DNA of 64,000 bases from Alphaproteobacteria bacterium (GCA_045632845.1 JAZQXL010000023.1:8485-72484); one strand, 5' to 3'. Positions 26,578 to 38,046 are shown, counted from the first letter of the stretch. Numbers and translations are program-made. The notes: generated from the letters alone by a model not told the origin.

Positions 26578-29500
26578 ATGGCTGAAAAGCATGTTAAAAT
26601 GTTAGATGCAAACGAAGCTGCCGCATTAGTAGCACATAAATTAAACGAAGTTTCAATCATTTACCCAATCACACCATCATCCCCAATGGGTGAATGGTCA
26701 GATGCTTGGTCTGCTGCCGGTATTCCAAACATTTGGGGGAAAATCCCAGATGTTCTCGAAATGCAATCCGAAGCTGGTGCCATTGGTGCTGTTCATGGCT
26801 CATTACAAGCTGGTTCTATGACAACAACATATACAGCATCACAAGGCCTGTTATTGATGATTCCAAATATGTATAAAATTGCTGGTGAGCTTACTCCTTT
26901 TGTCATGCATGTTGCAGCCAGAACCATTGCAGGTCATGCTCTTTCCATCTTTGGTGATCATTCAGACGTTATGGCTTGTCGTCAAACAGGTTTTGCAATG
27001 CTTGCTTCAAACAGCGTTCAAGAAGCTCAAGACTTTGCTGCAATTGCTCAAATGTCAACTTTTCTTTCCCGCATTCCATTCATTCATTTCTTTGATGGGT
27101 TTAGAACATCACATGAAATTAACAAAATCACCATGCTTTCAGATGATGATTTAAAAACTTTGATGCAAGATATTCCAACAGATTTTACAGCTAAAAATGC
27201 TTTAAAACCTGAAAATCCAAAAATCCGCGGTACAGCTCAAAACCCAGACGTATTCTTCCAAATCAAAGAAGCTGCAAACAAATACTATAATGCCTGCCCT
27301 GCTCATGTTGAAAAAGCAATGCAAAAATTTGCTGAAGTGACAGGTCGCCAATATCATTTGGTTGAATATAAAGGGAGCAATACAGCTGAGCATGTCGTTG
27401 TATCAATGGGATCTTCTGTTGAAACACTTGAAGAAACCGCTAATGCATTAAACTCAATGGGACAAAATGTTGGTGTACTTGGCGTTCATTTATATCGCCC
27501 ATTTCCAAAAGAAGCTTTTGTAAATGCCCTTCCCAAAACTGTCAAATATATCACTGTATTAGATAGAACAAAAGAATCAGGTGCAACAGGTGAACCTCTT
27601 TACTTAGATGTTGTTTCAACTCTTGCTGAAGCTGTTTCAAATCAAAGAATTGAACACATGCCAAAAATCTTGGGTGGTAGATATGGTCTTTCTTCCAAAG
27701 AATTCACACCTGCTATGGCAAAAGCTGTTTTTGAAAATAAAGACAAACAACATTTCACAATCGGGATTGAAGATGATGTAACACACTTATCTTTATCATA
27801 TGATCCTGAATTTGACATCGAAGGAAATGATGTTAGCAGATGTGTTTTCATTGGTCTTGGATCAGATGGTACCGTTGGTGCAAACAAAAACTCCATTAAA
27901 ATTATTGCAGATGGTGAAGATTATTTTGGTCAAGCATATTTTGTGTATGACTCAAAAAAATCTGGTGGTATGACAACATCCCACTTGAGATTTTCACCTA
28001 ACCCAATCAAAGCACCATATTTGATTAACCAAGCAAGTTTTGTTGCTTGCCATCATACACCGTTTTTGTTTAAAACAGATGTTCTTTCATTTGCAAGCAA
28101 AAATGCTGTTTTCTTGTTAAACACAAATGAACCTACTGAAAAAGTTTGGGATTCTTTACCAATTGAAGTACAACAAGAAATCGTTGATAAAAACATCAAA
28201 CTTTATGCTATTGACGCTGTTGATGTTGCGCTCAAAACAGGTATGGGCCGCAGAATTAACACAATTATGCAAACATGTTTTTTTGCTATTTCTGGTGTTT
28301 TGCCTCGTGAAGAAGCTATTCAAAAAATCAAAAAAGCTGTTGAAAAAACATATGCAAGAAAAGGACAAGAAGTTGTTGCTGCAAACATCAAAGCCATTGA
28401 TGCTTCATTAGAACATCTTCATGAAATTAAAATCGGGGCAGTTAACTCAATCCACAAAAGACAACCAGGAATTCCTGCATCAGCTCCTGAAGTTTTACAA
28501 CAAGTTACAGGCAAAATCATTGAAGGAAAAGGTGATCAATTACCTGTCAGCGCATTTGAATGGACAGCTGATGGCACTTGGCCAACTGATACTGCTAAAT
28601 ACGAAAAAAGACGTATTGCAACACAAATTCCTGAATGGGATCCAAGCATTTGTATTCAATGTGGCAAATGTGTCAGTGTTTGTCCACACGCAGCTATCAG
28701 AGCAAAGGCTATCAAACCAGAATTATTAGAAAATGCACCAAAAACATTCAAAACAACCGATTACAAAGGAAAAGAATTTTTAGGCGAAAAATTTGCGCTG
28801 CAAATCGCACCTGAAGATTGTACAGGTTGTTCTATTTGTACAAGTGCATGCCCTGTTCGCGATAAATTGGATCCAAACAAAAAACCACTCACAATGGTTC
28901 CAATCGAAAAGAATTTAGAAGAAGAAATCAAAAACTTTGAATTCTTTATGTCATTACCAGATTCTGATCGCACAAAACTTAATCCAAAACAGATCAAATC
29001 ATTGGCGATGATGCGTCCTCTTTTTGAGTTCTCAGGGGCTTGTGCTGGGTGTGGTGAAACACCTTATGTTAAAATGATGACCCAATTGTTTGGTGACAGA
29101 TTGGTTGTTGCAAACGCAACAGGTTGTTCATCTATTTATAGTGGCAACTTACCAACAACACCGTATGCCAAAAACAGTGAAGGACATGGTCCTGCTTGGG
29201 CAAACTCATTGTTTGAAGACAATGCTGAATTTGGTTTGGGTATGCGTACAAGTATTGATTCAAAAACAGTCTTTGCACAACAAATTCTCTCTCAAATGGG
29301 AGCAGAAATTGGCGAAACACTGGTTGACTCAATCTTATCAGCTTCGCAAACAACTGAAACTGAAATTCAAGAACAACGTCAACGTGTTCAAGACTTAAAA
29401 ACAAAATTATTAGCCCTTAAAACACCAAAAGCAATGTTGCTTTATGATAATGCGGACTATTTGATCAAAAAATCAGTTTGGATTTTAGGTGGTGACGGCT

Positions 29501-30114
29501 GGGCTTATGACATTGGATATGGTGGCTTAGACCATGTGCTTTATTCTGGGAAAAACGTTAACATCATGGTTATGGATACCAACGTTTATTCTAACACAGG
29601 TGGTCAACGTTCAAAAGCAACACCAATTGGAGCTTCTGCAAAATTTGCAATTGCGGGTTCTCAATTACCTAAAAAAGATTTGGGTATGATTGCAATTTCA
29701 TCTGGTGGTGTTTATGTCGCAAGCATTGCTCTTGGGGCAAAAGATATGCACGCACTTCAAGCCTTGAACGAGGCTGAAAGTTTTGATGGTCCATCCTTAA
29801 TCATTGCCTATAGCCACTGTATCTCACATGGTTATGATATTGGGAAAGAAGGATTGGAACATCAAAAACTGGCAGTTGAAACAGGATTATGGCCACTCTT
29901 TAGATTTGACCCAAGAAGAGTAGACCAAGGCTTAAATCCATTCCAACTTGACAGCAAACCAACAAAATCTATTGCTGAATTTATGGAGTTAGAAACAAGA
30001 TTTAAGGTTGTTAAACAATCAAATCCTGAACACTACAATGAACTTGTTCAAAAATCACAAGAACAAATTGAAAAGCGGTTCAAACTTTATGAACGCTTAG
30101 CACAAGGCGAATAA
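26578..30114 (+). CDS. nifJ: pyruvate:ferredoxin (flavodoxin) oxidoreductase, single-polypeptide type
   Basis: 1178 aa. Two ferredoxin-type clusters CIQCGKCVSVCP and CTGCSICTSACP. TPP-binding region GGDGWAYDIGYGGLDHV ... DTNVYSNTGGQ. Typical PFOR length. Confidence 0.92.
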   Translation: MAEKHVKMLDANEAAALVAHKLNEVSIIYPITPSSPMGEWSDAWSAAGIPNIWGKIPDVLEMQSEAGAIGAVHGSLQAGSMTTTYTASQGLLLMIPNMYKIAGELTPFVMHVAARTIAGHALSIFGDHSDVMACRQTGFAMLASNSVQEAQDFAAIAQMSTFLSRIPFIHFFDGFRTSHEINKITMLSDDDLKTLMQDIPTDFTAKNALKPENPKIRGTAQNPDVFFQIKEAANKYYNACPAHVEKAMQKFAEVTGRQYHLVEYKGSNTAEHVVVSMGSSVETLEETANALNSMGQNVGVLGVHLYRPFPKEAFVNALPKTVKYITVLDRTKESGATGEPLYLDVVSTLAEAVSNQRIEHMPKILGGRYGLSSKEFTPAMAKAVFENKDKQHFTIGIEDDVTHLSLSYDPEFDIEGNDVSRCVFIGLGSDGTVGANKNSIKIIADGEDYFGQAYFVYDSKKSGGMTTSHLRFSPNPIKAPYLINQASFVACHHTPFLFKTDVLSFASKNAVFLLNTNEPTEKVWDSLPIEVQQEIVDKNIKLYAIDAVDVALKTGMGRRINTIMQTCFFAISGVLPREEAIQKIKKAVEKTYARKGQEVVAANIKAIDASLEHLHEIKIGAVNSIHKRQPGIPASAPEVLQQVTGKIIEGKGDQLPVSAFEWTADGTWPTDTAKYEKRRIATQIPEWDPSICIQCGKCVSVCPHAAIRAKAIKPELLENAPKTFKTTDYKGKEFLGEKFALQIAPEDCTGCSICTSACPVRDKLDPNKKPLTMVPIEKNLEEEIKNFEFFMSLPDSDRTKLNPKQIKSLAMMRPLFEFSGACAGCGETPYVKMMTQLFGDRLVVANATGCSSIYSGNLPTTPYAKNSEGHGPAWANSLFEDNAEFGLGMRTSIDSKTVFAQQILSQMGAEIGETLVDSILSASQTTETEIQEQRQRVQDLKTKLLALKTPKAMLLYDNADYLIKKSVWILGGDGWAYDIGYGGLDHVLYSGKNVNIMVMDTNVYSNTGGQRSKATPIGASAKFAIAGSQLPKKDLGMIAISSGGVYVASIALGAKDMHALQALNEAESFDGPSLIIAYSHCISHGYDIGKEGLEHQKLAVETGLWPLFRFDPRRVDQGLNPFQLDSKPTKSIAEFMELETRFKVVKQSNPEHYNELVQKSQEQIEKRFKLYERLAQGE

Positions 30115-30138
30115 TTTTAAATTTTTAAAGAGGAAAAA

Positions 30139-32643
30139 ATGGCAGAATATAATCATCTTGCAATTGAAAAAAAATGGCAAAAATATTGGGACGAAAATAA
30201 AACGTTCAAAGCTGAAATTAATAAAAGCAAACCAAAATATTATGTATTAGACATGTTCCCCTACCCTTCAGGTGCAGGGCTTCATGTCGGGCATGCTGAA
30301 AACTACACAATTTCTGATATTGTAGCTCGTTTCAAACGGATGCAAGGATACAATGTCCTTCACCCAATGGGATGGGATGCTTTTGGTTTGCCAGCTGAAC
30401 GTTACGCTGAACGCTCTGGCATGCACCCAGCAGATGTTGTTAAAATGAATGCAGATAAGTTCCGTGATCAATTAAAAGCTATTGGTTTTTCATATGACTG
30501 GGATCGTGAAATTAACACAACAGATCCAAGCTATTACAAATGGACACAATGGATTTTCAAAATCCTCTTTGATAAAGGTTTAGCTTATGAAGTGATCACT
30601 CCTGTTAACTGGTGTCCAAAACTTGGAACAGTTCTTGCCAATGAAGAAGTTAAAGATGGTAAATATGTCGAAACAGGCGACGAAGTTATCAGAAAACCAA
30701 TGCGTCAATGGATGCTCAAAATCACAGAATATGCTGAAAAACTTCTTGAAGGACTTGATAAAGTTGATTGGCCTGAAAGCATCAAAACAATGCAACGCGA
30801 ATGGATTGGAAAATCCACTGGGGCTGATGTTCAATTTAAGGTTGATGGAAAAAATATTGAATTTACAGTATATACAACACGTCCTGACACCCTTTTTGGT
30901 GCCACATACTGCGTTCTTGCACCTGAACATTCACTTGTTAAAGAAATTATGACTGAAGCACAATCTGAAGCTGTTTTAGCTTATATTGATCAAGCTTCTA
31001 AAAAATCAACACAAGACAGACTTGCCGAAGCAAAAGAAAAGACAGGTGTATTCACTGGTGCTTATGCGATTAATCCTGTTAATGGAGATAAAATTCCTGT
31101 CTATATTTCAGACTATGTCTTGGGCGATTATGGATATGGCGCAATTATGGCTGTTCCAGCACATGACCAACGTGACTATGATTTTGCAAAAGCATTTAAC
31201 ATTGAAATCAAAGAAGTCATTCAAGGTGGCGATATTTCAAAAGAAGCTTATGAAGGTGATGGACCACTTGTTAACTCTAGCTTCTTAAATGGTTTACACG
31301 TTAAAGAATCTAAAGCCAAAATGATTGAATGGCTGGAAGAAAGAAATCTCGGAAAAGGAACTGTCAACTACAAACTTCGCGATTGGCTCTTTGCCCGTCA
31401 ACGTTATTGGGGTGAACCATTCCCAATCATCCATTTAGAAGATGGATCAATCAAATCATTGCCAGCAAAAGATTTGCCTGTTTTACTCCCTCCTTTGGCA
31501 GAATTTAAACCAACTGAAGATGGGGAGCCTCCTCTTGCTCGCGTACAAGATTGGGTCAACACAACTGATCCAGAAACTGGTGCACCTGCAAAACGTGAAA
31601 CAAACACAATGCCTCAATGGGCAGGCTCTTCTTGGTATTTCTTACGTTATTGTGATCCACATAACAGTGAAGAAGCTTGGAGCAAAGAAGCTGATTCATA
31701 CTGGATGCCTGTTGATGTTTATGTTGGTGGCGTTGAACATGCTGTTTTACACTTACTCTATGCCCGTTTCTGGCAAAAAGTTTTGTTTGATGCAGGGTTA
31801 GTTTCTTGTGATGAACCATTTAAAAAACTTGTTAACCAAGGGATGGTTCTTGCCTATTCCTACCGCGATGACAATGGTAAATACTATTATCCAAAAGAAG
31901 TGGAAAGAAAAGGCAACGAATGGTTTGTTAAAGAAACAGGCATCAAGGTTAACACTCAAGTTGAAAAGATGAGTAAATCTCGCTACAATGTTGTCAATCC
32001 TGATGATGTGATTAACGATTTTGGGGCTGACTCTATGCGTCTATATGAAATGTTCATGGGACCAATCGAAGCTGAAAAACCCTGGGCAGATGATGGCATC
32101 AATGGGGTTAACCGTTTCATCAAACGATTCTGGAACTTGTTTGAAATGGATGGGAAAATTCAAGAAACAGGTTCTCTCGAACTCACAAAATTGATGCATA
32201 AAACAATCAAAGGGGTTACAGATGATATGGAAAAAATGCTTTACAACACCTCAATTGCAAAATTGATGGAGTTTATCAACGCTGTTTACAAATCAACTGA
32301 ACCGGTTTCAAAAGCTGATATGGAAAAATTTGTCCTTCTTTTAGCTCCTCTTGCACCTCACGTTTCAGAAGAATTGTGGGAAAAATTAGGACACACCCAA
32401 ACACTTGCTTATGAAGCTTGGCCAACATTTGATGAAGCAATGACAAAATCAGATACAATGGATATTGTTGTTCAAGTAATGGGCAAAAAACGCTCTATTA
32501 TTACAGTCCCTGTATCCACTTCAAAAGAAGAAATTCTCGCTCTTGCAAAAGCAACCGAAGGCGCCAAAAATTTCATGGAAGGAAAAGAGATTTTAAAAGA
32601 AATCTACGTTCCAAATAAATTGGTTAATTTCGTTGTAAAATAA
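30139..32643 (+). CDS. leuS: leucine--tRNA ligase
   Basis: 834 aa. HIGH motif (HVGHAENY), KMSKS motif (EKMSKSRYN) and the bacterial LeuRS layout. Confidence 0.96.
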   Translation: MAEYNHLAIEKKWQKYWDENKTFKAEINKSKPKYYVLDMFPYPSGAGLHVGHAENYTISDIVARFKRMQGYNVLHPMGWDAFGLPAERYAERSGMHPADVVKMNADKFRDQLKAIGFSYDWDREINTTDPSYYKWTQWIFKILFDKGLAYEVITPVNWCPKLGTVLANEEVKDGKYVETGDEVIRKPMRQWMLKITEYAEKLLEGLDKVDWPESIKTMQREWIGKSTGADVQFKVDGKNIEFTVYTTRPDTLFGATYCVLAPEHSLVKEIMTEAQSEAVLAYIDQASKKSTQDRLAEAKEKTGVFTGAYAINPVNGDKIPVYISDYVLGDYGYGAIMAVPAHDQRDYDFAKAFNIEIKEVIQGGDISKEAYEGDGPLVNSSFLNGLHVKESKAKMIEWLEERNLGKGTVNYKLRDWLFARQRYWGEPFPIIHLEDGSIKSLPAKDLPVLLPPLAEFKPTEDGEPPLARVQDWVNTTDPETGAPAKRETNTMPQWAGSSWYFLRYCDPHNSEEAWSKEADSYWMPVDVYVGGVEHAVLHLLYARFWQKVLFDAGLVSCDEPFKKLVNQGMVLAYSYRDDNGKYYYPKEVERKGNEWFVKETGIKVNTQVEKMSKSRYNVVNPDDVINDFGADSMRLYEMFMGPIEAEKPWADDGINGVNRFIKRFWNLFEMDGKIQETGSLELTKLMHKTIKGVTDDMEKMLYNTSIAKLMEFINAVYKSTEPVSKADMEKFVLLLAPLAPHVSEELWEKLGHTQTLAYEAWPTFDEAMTKSDTMDIVVQVMGKKRSIITVPVSTSKEEILALAKATEGAKNFMEGKEILKEIYVPNKLVNFVVK

Positions 32644-32650
32644 AACTTTT

Positions 32651-32677
32651 CCCCCGTTGAAAAACGGGGGATTTTTA
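32651..32677 (+). terminator. rho-independent terminator after leuS
   Basis: Stem CCCCCGTT / AACGGGGG with loop GAAA, followed by ATTTTTA. Confidence 0.8.
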
Positions 32678-32734
32678 TATCTTAAATTTTTTAAAACAAA
32701 CTTAATAATCAAAAACTATATGTCATTTATTACA

Positions 32735-32762
32735 TTAAAAAAGGGCATCAAACAGATGCCCT
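32735..32762 (-). terminator. rho-independent terminator after secF
   Basis: Stem GGGCATC (32743-32749) / GATGCCC (32755-32761). On the minus strand it is followed by TTTTTTAATG. Confidence 0.7.
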
Positions 32763-32785
32763 TTTGATAACTTTAAGAATAAAAC

Positions 32786-33706
32786 TTATTCTTTTGGTTT
32801 AAACCCTGCAACAGAGTCATCTCCCAATGTCTTGATATCAAAATATCTAAGCAATGGAACAGCCACAAAAATTGAGGCAAAAGTACCAAGGATAATACCA
32901 AGGAATAAAGAAAGAGAAAATCCTCTTAATGTTGTACCACCCATTACAAGTAATACCAAAATCATAACAAGTGTTGAAACACCTGTTAAAATTGTACGAG
33001 AGAGTGTTTCATTAATCCCTTGGTTTAAAATCTCATCTGTTGGTTTGGCTCTGTGTTTCTTTAAATTTTCACGCACACGGTCATATGTAACAATTGTATC
33101 GTTACAAGCATACCCAGCTAAAGATAAGATACCTGCAACAACAACCATATCAAATTCCCAATTAAATGCTGAAAACAAGCCAACAACAACGATTAATGTG
33201 AATGCCAAAGAAGTCAAACACCCAATTGCAAATGGCCACTCAAAACGGAACCAAATGTAAATTGCAATTGCAATCAAAGCAAGAACTGAGGCCAACAAAC
33301 TATTTTGTTTTAATTCTTCACCAATTGTTGGTCCAATCACTTCAACACGCTCATAAACATAACCAGGGCCCAAAATTGATTTGATTTTTTCAACAACTTG
33401 TGTACCTGTTTCTCCTTTTTCAGGTTGTGCTTGGATTAAAAGCAATTGTCCGTCTAATCCTGCAGATTGAATGGATAAATCTTTCAATCCTTCTAAACTT
33501 TGACGAACTTTTGCAATATCAACTGCTTTTTCAGAAGATACTTCAACCAAAATACCCCCTTGAAAGTCAATCCCATAATTAAGACCTTTCATACAAAATG
33601 AAGCGATACTTGCAACAACCAATGCCAATGAAATTGTAAAACCAATTTTACGAATTTTCATAAAATTAAAATTATAATCTCTTTTTCTAAATAATTTTTT
33701 TAACAT
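32786..33706 (-). CDS. secF: protein translocase subunit SecF
   Basis: 306 aa. SecF topology and motifs (GIDFQGG, CNDTIVTYDRVREN). It lies directly downstream of secD. Confidence 0.9.
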   Translation of the reverse strand: MLKKLFRKRDYNFNFMKIRKIGFTISLALVVASIASFCMKGLNYGIDFQGGILVEVSSEKAVDIAKVRQSLEGLKDLSIQSAGLDGQLLLIQAQPEKGETGTQVVEKIKSILGPGYVYERVEVIGPTIGEELKQNSLLASVLALIAIAIYIWFRFEWPFAIGCLTSLAFTLIVVVGLFSAFNWEFDMVVVAGILSLAGYACNDTIVTYDRVRENLKKHRAKPTDEILNQGINETLSRTILTGVSTLVMILVLLVMGGTTLRGFSLSLFLGIILGTFASIFVAVPLLRYFDIKTLGDDSVAGFKPKE

Positions 33707-33717
33707 ATTATATCCTT

Positions 33718-35286
33718 TTACATATCAATTGTTTTTGGTTTTTTGACATTATACCAAATCATAAAAATAACTTTATTTACAACAATCGCTGCATACATTG
33801 TTGTTGCCAAACCTAAGCCCAATGTGATACCAAAACCACGAACTGAACCAGACCCAAGCATAAAGAGGAATAATGCGGCAAACAAAGTTGTTAATTGACC
33901 ATCAAAAATAGCTGAAAATGAACCTTCAAACCCACGTTTAATAATTTCTTGAGGATTTTTTAAACCACGGTGAATTTCTTCTTTCATACGCTCCATAATC
34001 AAAATATTAGCATCAACAGCCATTGCCAATGTCAAAGCAATACCAGCAACACCAGGTAATGTTAATGTCGCATTTAACAAGCTCAACAATGCTAATAATA
34101 AAATACCATTTACTAATAACGTGATATCCGCAATGATACCATATGAACCATAAACAATTAACATAAATACAAAAATAAAGGCAAGACCAATCAAACAAGC
34201 ACCTGTTCCAGCTTTAATTGAATCTTCACCAAGGCCTGGCCCAACAACTCTTTCTTCAACAACGACTAAAGGTGCTGGCAAAGCCCCTGCTCTAAGCATC
34301 AAAGCCAAATCATTGGCTGATTGCATGGAGAAATTTCCTGTGATAATCCCTTGACCGCCTGTGATTGGTGAATTGATGGTTGGGGCACTCAATACTTTTC
34401 CATCCAACACAATAGCTAACCTTCTCCCAACATTTTCACGTGTTACATTTGCAAACTCTTTAGCGCCAGCTGCTTTAAAACTAAATGAAACTGCTGGAGC
34501 ACCATTTTCATCATAGCTGCCTTTTGCACCATCTAATTGTGCACCACTTACAACCACTCGACGTTTTAAAACAATGTAACCTGTTTCATCTCCTGTAACA
34601 AGCATAGAATCTGGAGAAAGTTTTCCCATTTGAGCTGCTTGAGGGGTTGTTTCTTCATCAACCAAATGAAATGTCATTTTAGCTGTTTTACCAAGCAATG
34701 CTTTAATTTCAGATGGATCTTGAACCCCAGGTAATTGAATTACAATACGATCAACACCTTGTTGTTGAATTTGAGGTTCTTTTGTACCAAGTTCATCAAT
34801 ACGGCGACGCACAATTTCAACAGATTGTTCAACAGCTTTGCGTTTCATTTCTTCTAAAGCTTTTTCAGTATAGACAACTTTTAAAACCTGTTCATCACTT
34901 TCAACAGAAAGTAAATTTGGTTCAATTTTTCTGATCACTTCTTTTGCTGTATTTAAATCAGCTGCATTTAAAATACGTACAGACATTTGATTGTCAGCAA
35001 TAGCTAAACCTGCAAAACGGATCTTTGAACGACGCAATTCTGAACGAGTTAAATCAGACAATGTTGTTAATCTTTCTTTTAACAAATCATTGGTATCAAC
35101 TTCCATCAACAAATATGAGCCACCTTGTAAATCAAGACCCAATGTGATTGGTTTAAACCACTCTTGCACATTTTTTGGCAATTTTGACAATGTTGCTTGA
35201 GGTAAAAAATTAGGCACTGAGAACAACACACCCAATACAACTGTTGCAACAACAATCCATATTTTTAATTTAGAATATCCAAACAT
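33718..35286 (-). CDS. secD: protein translocase subunit SecD
   Basis: 522 aa. Motifs LGLDLQGG and AVDANILIMERMKEE, with a large periplasmic loop. yajC-secD-secF order. Confidence 0.92.
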   Translation of the reverse strand: MFGYSKLKIWIVVATVVLGVLFSVPNFLPQATLSKLPKNVQEWFKPITLGLDLQGGSYLLMEVDTNDLLKERLTTLSDLTRSELRRSKIRFAGLAIADNQMSVRILNAADLNTAKEVIRKIEPNLLSVESDEQVLKVVYTEKALEEMKRKAVEQSVEIVRRRIDELGTKEPQIQQQGVDRIVIQLPGVQDPSEIKALLGKTAKMTFHLVDEETTPQAAQMGKLSPDSMLVTGDETGYIVLKRRVVVSGAQLDGAKGSYDENGAPAVSFSFKAAGAKEFANVTRENVGRRLAIVLDGKVLSAPTINSPITGGQGIITGNFSMQSANDLALMLRAGALPAPLVVVEERVVGPGLGEDSIKAGTGACLIGLAFIFVFMLIVYGSYGIIADITLLVNGILLLALLSLLNATLTLPGVAGIALTLAMAVDANILIMERMKEEIHRGLKNPQEIIKRGFEGSFSAIFDGQLTTLFAALFLFMLGSGSVRGFGITLGLGLATTMYAAIVVNKVIFMIWYNVKKPKTIDM

Positions 35287-35301
35287 TTTTTGTCCTTTAT
35301 C

Positions 35302-35631
35302 TTATTCTTTTGAACTTAAAACCTGAGAAACATACGCTTTAATAGCTGTAATTTCTACACCATTAGCAATCTCAATTTTAATTTTATCATCCATTACTGC
35401 AGTAACTTTACCCAACACACCTGCAACAATAACTTCAGAACCTTTTTCAATACTATTCAATGCTTTTTCGTGTTCTTTGAATTTTTTTTGCTGAGGGCGA
35501 ATAAGTAAAAAATAAAGAACAAAGAAAATAAGCGCAAATTGAAACAAAACTTGCATCCATTCTGGACCAGCAGCTGTTCCTGATTGTGCAACTGTTTCAG
35601 CTGTTTGAGCAAATGCATTTGAAATAAACAT
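35302..35631 (-). CDS. yajC: preprotein translocase subunit YajC
   Basis: 109 aa. Single TM followed by a RPQQKKFKEH-type motif and a VIVAGVLGKV segment. It lies upstream of secD. Confidence 0.85.
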   Translation of the reverse strand: MFISNAFAQTAETVAQSGTAAGPEWMQVLFQFALIFFVLYFLLIRPQQKKFKEHEKALNSIEKGSEVIVAGVLGKVTAVMDDKIKIEIANGVEITAIKAYVSQVLSSKE

Positions 35632-35718
35632 ATATCATCTCCTTTAATTAAAAAAAATATATGCTTTACTATATAGATTTATTCGAAAAAATCAATACAT
35701 TTTTATCGTTTTTTTTAT

Positions 35719-35747
35719 TTGACAAACAAAAAACTATTCTCTAGATT
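35719..35747 (+). promoter_or_regulatory. candidate sigma70 promoter TTGACA-17 nt-TAGATT upstream of dut
   Basis: TTGACA at 35719-35724 and TAGATT at 35742-35747, 35 nt upstream of the dut ATG. Confidence 0.35.
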
Positions 35748-35781
35748 AATTCACCAGTGTAACATAAAAAAAGGATAAAAA

Positions 35782-36252
35782 ATGTTTAAAATTAAAATAG
35801 AATATTTGCCTTCATACAAAAAAGAATGGGAACCATTAAATTATAAACATCCAGGAGATGCTGGCTTTGATTTAAGGGCTGCTATTGATGAACCAATCAC
35901 CTTACAACCAAATGAATTTAAGCTTATTTCAACAGGTATCAAGATGGAAATGATTCCAGATCCCACCCTTCCATTTAACTTTGAAATGCAAATTAGACCA
36001 AGATCTGGTTTAGCAGCAAAATTTGGGATTGGCATTATCAATTCCCCAGGCACAGTTGATTTTTTCTATCGTGGAGAAATTAAAACGCCTCTTATCAATT
36101 TAAGTAATCAACCTTTTACAATTAACCCAGGGGAACGCATTGCCCAAGCTGTTATTTGCCCTGTTATCCAAGCTGTTATTGAAGAAACAGAAAAAGTTTT
36201 AGAAAACACAGATAGAGGGGCTGGTGGATTTGGTTCAACAGGCACAAAATAA
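35782..36252 (+). CDS. dut: dUTP diphosphatase
   Basis: 156 aa. dUTPase motifs AGFDLRA, RPRSGLA, GTVDFFYRGE and C-terminal RGAGGFGSTG. Confidence 0.92.
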   Translation: MFKIKIEYLPSYKKEWEPLNYKHPGDAGFDLRAAIDEPITLQPNEFKLISTGIKMEMIPDPTLPFNFEMQIRPRSGLAAKFGIGIINSPGTVDFFYRGEIKTPLINLSNQPFTINPGERIAQAVICPVIQAVIEETEKVLENTDRGAGGFGSTGTK

Positions 36253-36271
36253 ATTTAAAAATTATCATTAT

Positions 36272-36311
36272 AAAAAATCCCGAAATTCATAATCTGAGTT
36301 TCGGGATTTTT
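36272..36311. terminator. bidirectional terminator between dut and the SulP gene
   Basis: Arms AAAATCCCGAAA (36274-36285) / TTTCGGGATTTT (36299-36310). A-run and T-run flank it on both sides. Confidence 0.7.
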
Positions 36312-36339
36312 AACAACACAAAATAACATCAAACTGTTA

Positions 36340-38046
36340 TTATGACTTCATTTGACGGATACAGCGTCTTGCAATTTTAAGTGCATTTTGAAAATCACTT
36401 GCCACGGAAAGTGTTTTCCAATTAACACGTTCTTGCAATAACACATGGTGCAAAATACGTCTTGGTTGTTTTTTAATATTACAGATAATAACTTTTGTGT
36501 TTTGTTTTTTAAGTTTTTTAATAAATTCAACAATCAAATTAGCACCACTTGCATCAATCAATGGAACTTGTCCCATACGCAAAATCAAAACACGTGGTGG
36601 TGTTTTAAATTGATTGAGAAATGAGGCAACTTCATCAACCCCACCAAAGAACAAAGGTCCAGAAACACGCAAAGCAACAACCCCCTTCTCTGCCAAGGTT
36701 TCATTGATGTTTTCACCACCGAATTTTTCTCTAGAAAGTTTATCTTCATTTTCAATTGCAATTTGATGGCTCATACGATGCATAAAAATAATGCTTGCCA
36801 TAACAAAACCAACTGAAATAGCAGTATTTAAATCAACAAATACAGTTAAAAGTAATGTTACAATTAAGGTGTTTCGATCCCCTTTTGGAGCTGTTAAGAG
36901 TTTTTTGATTTTATCAAGACTTAACATATTCCAACCAATCAAAATCATAACCACGGATAAACATGCCAATGGAATAAATCCTGCAACACCTGCCAAAACA
37001 AGCATAAAAAGAAGAATAAACACAGCATGTAACATCCCCGCCACAGGAGAATAGGCATTTGCTTTATAGTTTGTTGCCGTTCTTGCAATAGCACCTGTTG
37101 CTGGCAACCCAGAGAAAAAAGCTGCAGCAATATTTGCTGTTCCTTGTGCAACAAGCTCAACATTTGGGTTATGGTTATCACCACTCATACCATCAACAAC
37201 TTTGGCACTTAACAAAGATTCAATCCCTGCTAAAAAGGCAATTGTAAAGGCACTAGGCAACAATCCTAAAATCATGTTTATTTGAAAATCTGGCACACTT
37301 GGCATTGGCAAAAAGTGAGGAACGGATCCAAATCTAGAACCAATTGTGTCAACACCCAAACCAAAAAGAACAACAACAAGAGTTGATAAAATAACACTTA
37401 ATAAATAAAAAGGAGAGCGTGGATACTTCTTCTTCAACACAACAATTGTTGCAAATGCCACAGCACTAATAATAAGCGTACTTAAATTGAGGGTGTGAAT
37501 GTTTGAAAAATAAGATTGCCATTTTTCTAAAAATGCAGCTGGCACATTTTCAATTCTCAACCCTAATAAATCCTTAATTTGAGTTGAAATCAAAATAACA
37601 CCAATCCCAGCTGTAAAACCAGTAACAACAGGATATGGAATATATTTAATATATGTTCCCAATCTTAAAAGACCTGCAACAATCAAAATAAGGCCTGCTA
37701 AAACCATTGTGAGTAAAAGGCCAGCATATCCGTGCTGAGAAAGAACCCCTAAAATAATAATGATAAAAGCCCCTGTTGGCCCCCCAATTTGATAGCGTGA
37801 TCCACCCAAAAATGAAACAAAAAAACCAGCAACGACAGCTGTATAAAGTCCTTTTTCTGGGGCAACCCCTGAAGCAATTGCAAAAGCCATTGCCAATGGA
37901 ATAGAAACAACTGCAACCGTTAATGCAGCAATGCAATCTCGTTTAAAATCACTAACTGTATAACGCTTTTTCAACACCTCAAAAATTTTAGGTGTAAAAT
38001 GTCTTTTAATCGACTTTTTAATCTTTTTGATTCCTTTTTCAAACAT
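36340..38046 (-). CDS. SulP-family sulfate/anion transporter with C-terminal STAS domain
   Basis: 568 aa. Polytopic membrane protein with SulP-like segments (AFAIASGVAPEKGLYTAVVAGF, QIGGPTGAF) and a STAS tail (ALRVSGPLFFGG ... PLIDASGANLIVEFIKKL). Confidence 0.85.
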   Translation of the reverse strand: MFEKGIKKIKKSIKRHFTPKIFEVLKKRYTVSDFKRDCIAALTVAVVSIPLAMAFAIASGVAPEKGLYTAVVAGFFVSFLGGSRYQIGGPTGAFIIIILGVLSQHGYAGLLLTMVLAGLILIVAGLLRLGTYIKYIPYPVVTGFTAGIGVILISTQIKDLLGLRIENVPAAFLEKWQSYFSNIHTLNLSTLIISAVAFATIVVLKKKYPRSPFYLLSVILSTLVVVLFGLGVDTIGSRFGSVPHFLPMPSVPDFQINMILGLLPSAFTIAFLAGIESLLSAKVVDGMSGDNHNPNVELVAQGTANIAAAFFSGLPATGAIARTATNYKANAYSPVAGMLHAVFILLFMLVLAGVAGFIPLACLSVVMILIGWNMLSLDKIKKLLTAPKGDRNTLIVTLLLTVFVDLNTAISVGFVMASIIFMHRMSHQIAIENEDKLSREKFGGENINETLAEKGVVALRVSGPLFFGGVDEVASFLNQFKTPPRVLILRMGQVPLIDASGANLIVEFIKKLKKQNTKVIICNIKKQPRRILHHVLLQERVNWKTLSVASDFQNALKIARRCIRQMKS

